Source of the DNA: Pyrinomonadaceae bacterium
GTDB lineage: Bacteria; Acidobacteriota; Blastocatellia; Pyrinomonadales; Pyrinomonadaceae
Assembly (NCBI GenBank): GCA_046313635.1
Contig: JBKBYA010000002.1
Location: forward strand, 416,001 to 480,000
Direction of reading: 5' to 3'
Length of the DNA stretch: 64,000 bases
The notes beneath the pieces are model-generated. The model ran no database searches, was not told the DNA's origin, and saw nothing but the letters and a program-made list of their open reading frames with translations. Of this stretch, positions 59,612 through 64,000 are shown piece after piece (the first letter of the stretch is position 1; every line of letters starts with the position of its first letter). The translations under genes were made by a program, and so were the position numbers.

Positions 59612-60427
59612 ATGTCTACAACCGAGATCACAGCTTTTGACCGCGTGCTGCGTGCCCGTCATCCGAGCAGGCCGTATTCGCTTGATCTTTTCGATACGGT
59701 CTTTACCGATTTTGTCGAGATCCACGGCGACCGCCGCTACGCCGACGACGCGGCGATCGTCTGCGGCTTTGCGCGGCTCGACGGTCAGGAGGTCGCCGTC
59801 ATCGGTCAGCAAAAGGGACGCGACATCAATCAGCGACGCCTGCGCAACTTTGCGATGACAAAGCCCGAGGGCTACCGCAAAGCTCTGCGCGTGATGCGGC
59901 TGGCCGAGAAGTTCGGCCGCCCGATCGTGACGTTTATCGACACGCCCGGAGCCTATCCAGGCATCGACGCCGAAGAACGCGGTCAGGCCGAGGCGATCGC
60001 ATTCAACCTGCGTGAGATGGCCGCGCTTCGAGTTCCGATCGTAGCGGTCGTGCTCGGCGAAGGTGGCTCGGGCGGGGCGCTCGCGATCGGCATCGCCGAC
60101 CGCATCCTGATGATGGAGAACGCCGTCTATTCGGTGATCAGCCCCGAGGGCTGCGCGTCGATCCTTTGGAAGGACGCGAGCCAGGCTGCGCGTGCGGCGG
60201 CGTGCCTGCGTCTGACGGCCGACGATCTCAAAGAGTTCGGCGTGATCGACGACATCGTTCCCGAGCCGGTCGATTGGACGGTCGAGGACGAGGAGAGTTT
60301 TGCGAAGATCAACGGCGATTTGAAGGACGCGATCGTCCGCCAGCTCGGCGAGCTGAAAAAGATCGACGGCGAGGAGTTGGTCGACAAGCGTTATCAAAAG
60401 TTCAGAAAGATGGGATCGTGGATCTGA
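59612..60427 (+). CDS. accA: acetyl-CoA carboxylase carboxyltransferase alpha subunit
   Basis: ARHPSRP, HGDR, PEGYRKA, IDTPGAYPG, GEGGSGGA, YSVISPEG. Confidence 0.95.
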   Translation: MSTTEITAFDRVLRARHPSRPYSLDLFDTVFTDFVEIHGDRRYADDAAIVCGFARLDGQEVAVIGQQKGRDINQRRLRNFAMTKPEGYRKALRVMRLAEKFGRPIVTFIDTPGAYPGIDAEERGQAEAIAFNLREMAALRVPIVAVVLGEGGSGGALAIGIADRILMMENAVYSVISPEGCASILWKDASQAARAAACLRLTADDLKEFGVIDDIVPEPVDWTVEDEESFAKINGDLKDAIVRQLGELKKIDGEELVDKRYQKFRKMGSWI

Positions 60428-60445
60428 GTAGATCTACAAAAGAAC

Positions 60446-60475
60446 GAAACCCTTGCTCGACGGAGCAAGGGTTTT
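60446..60475. terminator. bidirectional terminator between accA and ssb
   Basis: GAAACCCTTGCTC-GACG-GAGCAAGGGTTTT. Confidence 0.75.
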
Positions 60476-60501
60476 GTGTTTCCGAACCTGAGATATCCGA
60501 T

Positions 60502-60954
60502 CTAGAACGGGATATCGTCGTCCGCCGCCGGAGCGGCCGCGGTCGATGATCCCGCCGATGCGGCAGAGCTTTGCGATTCGAAGCCTCCGGCTTCGCCCTG
60601 ATCGCCGCCAAAGTCCTCCGAACGCGAACCGCCGCCGAGAAACTGCATGTCCGTCGCCTGCACGTCGAGCGTGTAACGCGTGTTGCCGTCGCGGTCGGTC
60701 CATTCCTCGACGCGGAGGCGGCCTTCGATATAGACGGGGCTTCCCTTCGTCAGATACTTCGAGGCGTTCTCCGCCTGCTGGCGCCAGAGCGTGACCTTGA
60801 ACCACGTCGTCACGTCGTGCGACTCGCCCGATTTGTCGCGACGCTTCTCGTTGGTCGCGACCGAAAAGCTGCACACAGCGACGCCCTGCGGCGTGTAGCG
60901 AAGCTCGGGATCGCGACCCAAATTGCCGACAATAATGATCTTGTTAAAGGACAT
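60502..60954 (-). CDS. ssb: single-stranded DNA-binding protein
   Basis: NKIIIVGNLGRDPE, YLTKG..VYIEGRL, C-terminal DDDIPF. Confidence 0.97.
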   Translation of the reverse strand: MSFNKIIIVGNLGRDPELRYTPQGVAVCSFSVATNEKRRDKSGESHDVTTWFKVTLWRQQAENASKYLTKGSPVYIEGRLRVEEWTDRDGNTRYTLDVQATDMQFLGGGSRSEDFGGDQGEAGGFESQSSAASAGSSTAAAPAADDDIPF

Positions 60955-61099
60955 TTGTGAAAGATCTCCTTCTCTTGTATTGATTGAGCGAACGAATTCG
61001 GATGTTACATTCATCCATCTGGTCGGTCAAGTTGGTCTTAGAATAGGGCTTGAAGATGCGTAAAAGTCATTGCGCCGGCCGTGCGGCCTCGATCACCGA

Positions 61100-62170
61100 A
61101 TGAATTCACATCTCAAAATTCCCCTCTACATGCTGGTCGCGATGTGCCTTTGCCTGCTGCACGGTCTCGGCACCGCGCGCGCTCAGGATCACGACGGCAG
61201 CGTCGTCGTGCCGCGACAGTGTTGGAGCTACGCGACCTCCGATCTCGACGCGCGGCCGAGCGTCGTGGACGCGGCAAATGTCTACTTTACGGAAAAGAAC
61301 GACCGCGTAACGGCGGTCTCTCTCGTTGACGGCGTTCGAGTCTGGTCGACCGAACTTGACGGCCCGGTCGTTTCTAACCTGGTCGTCAACGGCTCTACTC
61401 TGGCCGCCGCTGTCCTCTCTCGACAAAACAAGCTGGCGATCAAGTCGCTGAGCCTCGTCAGCGGCATCGTGGTCGATTCGACACCGCTCGGCTCCGCCGC
61501 CGGTGCGATACTCGTGCCGTCGGAGCGCGGACTGATCGCTATCGCGGAACGCAGGCTCTTTTTGAATGGCCGCGGCTCGGGTTCGCTGCGAGAGCAGGCC
61601 ACATCGGCAGAAGCAGCGAACGGGCGGATCGGAGTGGCCGGCGAACGGACGGTCTATGTGGGCGACATCGACCTGGCCATCGACGCCAGTCTCGCTGCGG
61701 CGGGCGCGCCCTCGGCATTGGAGTTCACGGGCGACGACATTCTCGTCGGCGACGAACGCGGAGCTCTGGTGCGGGTCGATCTCTCGAACGGCCGGCCGAT
61801 ATGGACGCTTAAGACCGGCGGGCGGATCACGTCGATCGTTCCGACGACACGTTCGGACGCGATCGTCGGCTCATTCGACAACTTCGTTTACCGGGTCGAT
61901 CTGAGCACGGGCCACGTTATCTGGAAAAAGAGACAACAGGGGCGCGTCGCGTACGTCGTGGCGATCGACGACGGGCTTGTCGCCGCATATTCGACGGGCG
62001 GATCGGCGATCGAGTTGATCGATGCCGGTCGAGGCAAAGCTCGCGGGGCTATCACGCTGGCCGAGGGCGTCGAATTGCTCCAGCCGCCGCTCGCTTCGCC
62101 GGGCGGGGTGATCGCTGCAACGACCGAAGGCGTCGCTCTCTACAGCACCGGTCCGTGCCCGTCCAAATGA
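61100..62170 (+). CDS. secreted PQQ-like beta-propeller protein
   Basis: Signal peptide; repeated DxxxG..xW motifs, VGSFD. Confidence 0.75.
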   Translation: MNSHLKIPLYMLVAMCLCLLHGLGTARAQDHDGSVVVPRQCWSYATSDLDARPSVVDAANVYFTEKNDRVTAVSLVDGVRVWSTELDGPVVSNLVVNGSTLAAAVLSRQNKLAIKSLSLVSGIVVDSTPLGSAAGAILVPSERGLIAIAERRLFLNGRGSGSLREQATSAEAANGRIGVAGERTVYVGDIDLAIDASLAAAGAPSALEFTGDDILVGDERGALVRVDLSNGRPIWTLKTGGRITSIVPTTRSDAIVGSFDNFVYRVDLSTGHVIWKKRQQGRVAYVVAIDDGLVAAYSTGGSAIELIDAGRGKARGAITLAEGVELLQPPLASPGGVIAATTEGVALYSTGPCPSK

Positions 62171-62199
62171 AAAAGCGGAGACCGTCGGCCTCCGCTTTC
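62171..62199. terminator. terminator between convergent genes
   Basis: AAAGCGGAG...CTCCGCTTT. Confidence 0.6.
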
Positions 62200-62229
62200 A
62201 AATGTGGAATTTTTTAATTATCGAGGATG

Positions 62230-62460
62230 CTAGTGCGAAACGCTGTAGTCGTGCATCATCGAGTAGATCTCATCCTTGATCAACAGCTTTTTCTTTTTGA
62301 GGGTAATCTCTTCGAGCTGCTCTTCGTCGCTAGGGTACGTCAGATGGGCCAATTCGCTTAAGCGTCTTTCGTATGCCTGATGCTGGTTAACCAATTCCTT
62401 AAAGGTTGGATTCAGTTTGATCAATTCGTCCCGAACGGCATCAGGAGTTGACAAGTCCAT
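62230..62460 (-). CDS. YdcH/DUF465 family protein
   Basis: F..L...H...E.....LKKKKLLIKDEI; GAGGT RBS 10 nt before ATG 62460. Confidence 0.85.
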   Translation of the reverse strand: MDLSTPDAVRDELIKLNPTFKELVNQHQAYERRLSELAHLTYPSDEEQLEEITLKKKKLLIKDEIYSMMHDYSVSH

Positions 62461-62526
62461 AGCGTGCATTACCTCACTTTTCAAAGATTTAGACCCGATA
62501 CCAGGCTGGGGTTCGAGATGCCGGGT

Positions 62527-63030
62527 TCACCCTGATGGTAGCCTACTTTCGCGCCGCTTATCAAGCTCTATCTGCCGGCGCGAAGCCTCGAGCACGAGCT
62601 GCATCGTAAACCCGTCCTCGTCCGGATCAGAGTAAAAACGCGGCCGCCGACCGAGCGTGACGAAGCCGTTCTTTTCGTAAAATCGTATCGCCCGAGCGTT
62701 TGAGACACGAACCTCGAGAAGGATCTTTCGTGCCCCGCAGCACAGCGAGCGTCGGACGAATTCGTCCAGCAGTGCCTGAGCGAGGCCCGTTCCCTGCACG
62801 GCCGGCAGAACGCCGATATTGAACAGCTCCATCGAATGCGAATGCGGGTCGACCATTCGTCCGGCCGCGAAACCCTTGACCACGCCGTTGTCCGAGAGCG
62901 TCAGCATCACGGAGTCTCGCTTTTCGATCTCCAGGAGGATGCTCATCGGCGACCAGAGACAGAGATTCAGCGATCGCGATATCTCGATCACGCGGTCGAC
63001 GTCGTCTGCTCGCATTTCCGAGATCTTCAT
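62527..63030 (-). CDS. rimI: RimI-like GNAT acetyltransferase
   Basis: NIGV..QGTG, LEVRVSN.RAI.FYEK.GF...R..FY; follows tsaB. Confidence 0.85.
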   Translation of the reverse strand: MKISEMRADDVDRVIEISRSLNLCLWSPMSILLEIEKRDSVMLTLSDNGVVKGFAAGRMVDPHSHSMELFNIGVLPAVQGTGLAQALLDEFVRRSLCCGARKILLEVRVSNARAIRFYEKNGFVTLGRRPRFYSDPDEDGFTMQLVLEASRRQIELDKRRESRLPSG

Positions 63031-63671
63031 TTTCCGACGAGAGGAAGCTGCGCCGGCGGGCGCCGGTCAATAAAGATCGGCGGGCCGGCCGACGTGCCGA
63101 GACCGCGGTCGATCGACCGGCCGACGCAGACCGCGAGATCGGGCCCGACAGAGATCGCGTCCAACCAGACGGGCTTGCGGCGAAAAAGGTCGTCGTAAAG
63201 AAGAAGCGCGCCCGCCGCCTCAAATCGTCCAAAAAGCTCCGCTTCGCCGACTATCGTCGGCCCGTCGACGACCTCGGCCGCATCCGGCGTGCACCGCGTA
63301 GTCTGAAAGCACACCAGATCGCGTCCCATCGGGATCGCGGCCGTTACCTCACCGGACGACACCGTCGTTGCGGCCATCGCCGTAAGAATGGAGATCGACC
63401 GGACCGGTACGCCGAGGCCGCGGCCCAAGCCGGCGGCGGTCGACATGCCGATCCGGATCCCCGTAAAGCTTCCCGGCCCGGCCGAGACCGCGACGGTCGC
63501 GATGTCGGACGTTCTGTGGCCCGATTCGCGGAGCAGTCGTGCGATCGTCGGCAAAAGGTCCTCGGCCCGCGAAATCCCTTCGGTCCCAAACCAGCTTGCA
63601 ATGGCGGATCCGTCCTTTAGCACGGCAACACTGCCGCCGCCGACGGCCGATTCGATCGCTACTGTTATCAT
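63027..63671 (-). CDS. tsaB: t6A biosynthesis protein TsaB
   Basis: VAIES, AVSAGPGSFTGIRIG. Confidence 0.9.
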   Translation of the reverse strand: MITVAIESAVGGGSVAVLKDGSAIASWFGTEGISRAEDLLPTIARLLRESGHRTSDIATVAVSAGPGSFTGIRIGMSTAAGLGRGLGVPVRSISILTAMAATTVSSGEVTAAIPMGRDLVCFQTTRCTPDAAEVVDGPTIVGEAELFGRFEAAGALLLYDDLFRRKPVWLDAISVGPDLAVCVGRSIDRGLGTSAGPPIFIDRRPPAQLPLVGK

Positions 63672-63675
63672 CGGT

Positions 63676-63999
63676 TCAAGTATCTCTCGGGAAGACGCGA
63701 TTCCAAAAATACCGGAGACCATCCCTCGCAAACGGCACCGCCCGCCGCGACAAGACCCGCATCTGCGCCCTCCACCGGCCCGGAGCGTCGATATCGCCCT
63801 CGGTCTCGACCAAGGCTCGCAGCCTGTTTGGCGGGAGCCGGCGGCGGGCCTGTTTCAGCAGCAGCGAGAGGTCGCGCGTCGACGTTAGGAGGGGCTCGAT
63901 ACCTCCGCCGAGTCGCCATTCGCGCTCGATGCATTTGACGACCCAGGGCGGTATCCGTTTTGCTTCTTCCTCGATCGGCATTCCGGCGAGCGAGAGGCC
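63676..63999 (-). CDS. hypothetical protein, C-terminal part (5'-partial)
   Basis: Frame open to the window edge (GLSLAGMPIEEEAKRIPPWVVKCIEREW...), ending 4 nt before the tsaB start. Confidence 0.5.
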   Translation of the reverse strand, partial: GLSLAGMPIEEEAKRIPPWVVKCIEREWRLGGGIEPLLTSTRDLSLLLKQARRRLPPNRLRALVETEGDIDAPGRWRAQMRVLSRRAVPFARDGLRYFWNRVFPRDT

Positions 64000-64000
64000 C

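Overview
GC-rich bacterial chromosomal segment, mostly core genes. Gene content (FG-GAP-like C-terminal repeats, N-terminal CPxC modules, fused LptF/G, DUF3662-FHA proteins) suggests an Acidobacterium, probably Blastocatellia/Pyrinomonadaceae-like; this is inference. It carries about 58 CDS, including metG, tatD, yajQ, alr, pccB, a transaldolase, hslUV, recO, ahcY, metK, parAB, miaB, dnaE, accA, ssb, rimI and tsaB, plus tRNA-Lys(CTT). Ser/Thr phospho-signalling genes are dense: 3 kinases, 4 FHA proteins, a PP2C phosphatase and an FHA-PrsW fusion. They include an actinobacterial-style fha-pbp-rodA-pp2c / pkn-fha cell-wall cluster. No CRISPR, transposase, integrase or prophage was seen. Main unexplained signals: (1) a ~270-350 nt multi-stem candidate ncRNA at 13.61-13.97 kb, divergent from a small HNH protein with a degenerate active site and a small acidic protein; (2) six palindromic boxes at an exact 22-bp period between marR and a divergent hypothetical gene; (3) miaB and dnaE start codons only 2 bp apart, each with a sigma70-like promoter inside the other's coding sequence; (4) a dif-like site about 2 kb from parAB; (5) a BrnT toxin frame with no in-frame start codon inside the metG-tatD operon; (6) repeated leaderless or short-leader promoter architecture. 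All family calls come from motif recognition by eye, not database searches.
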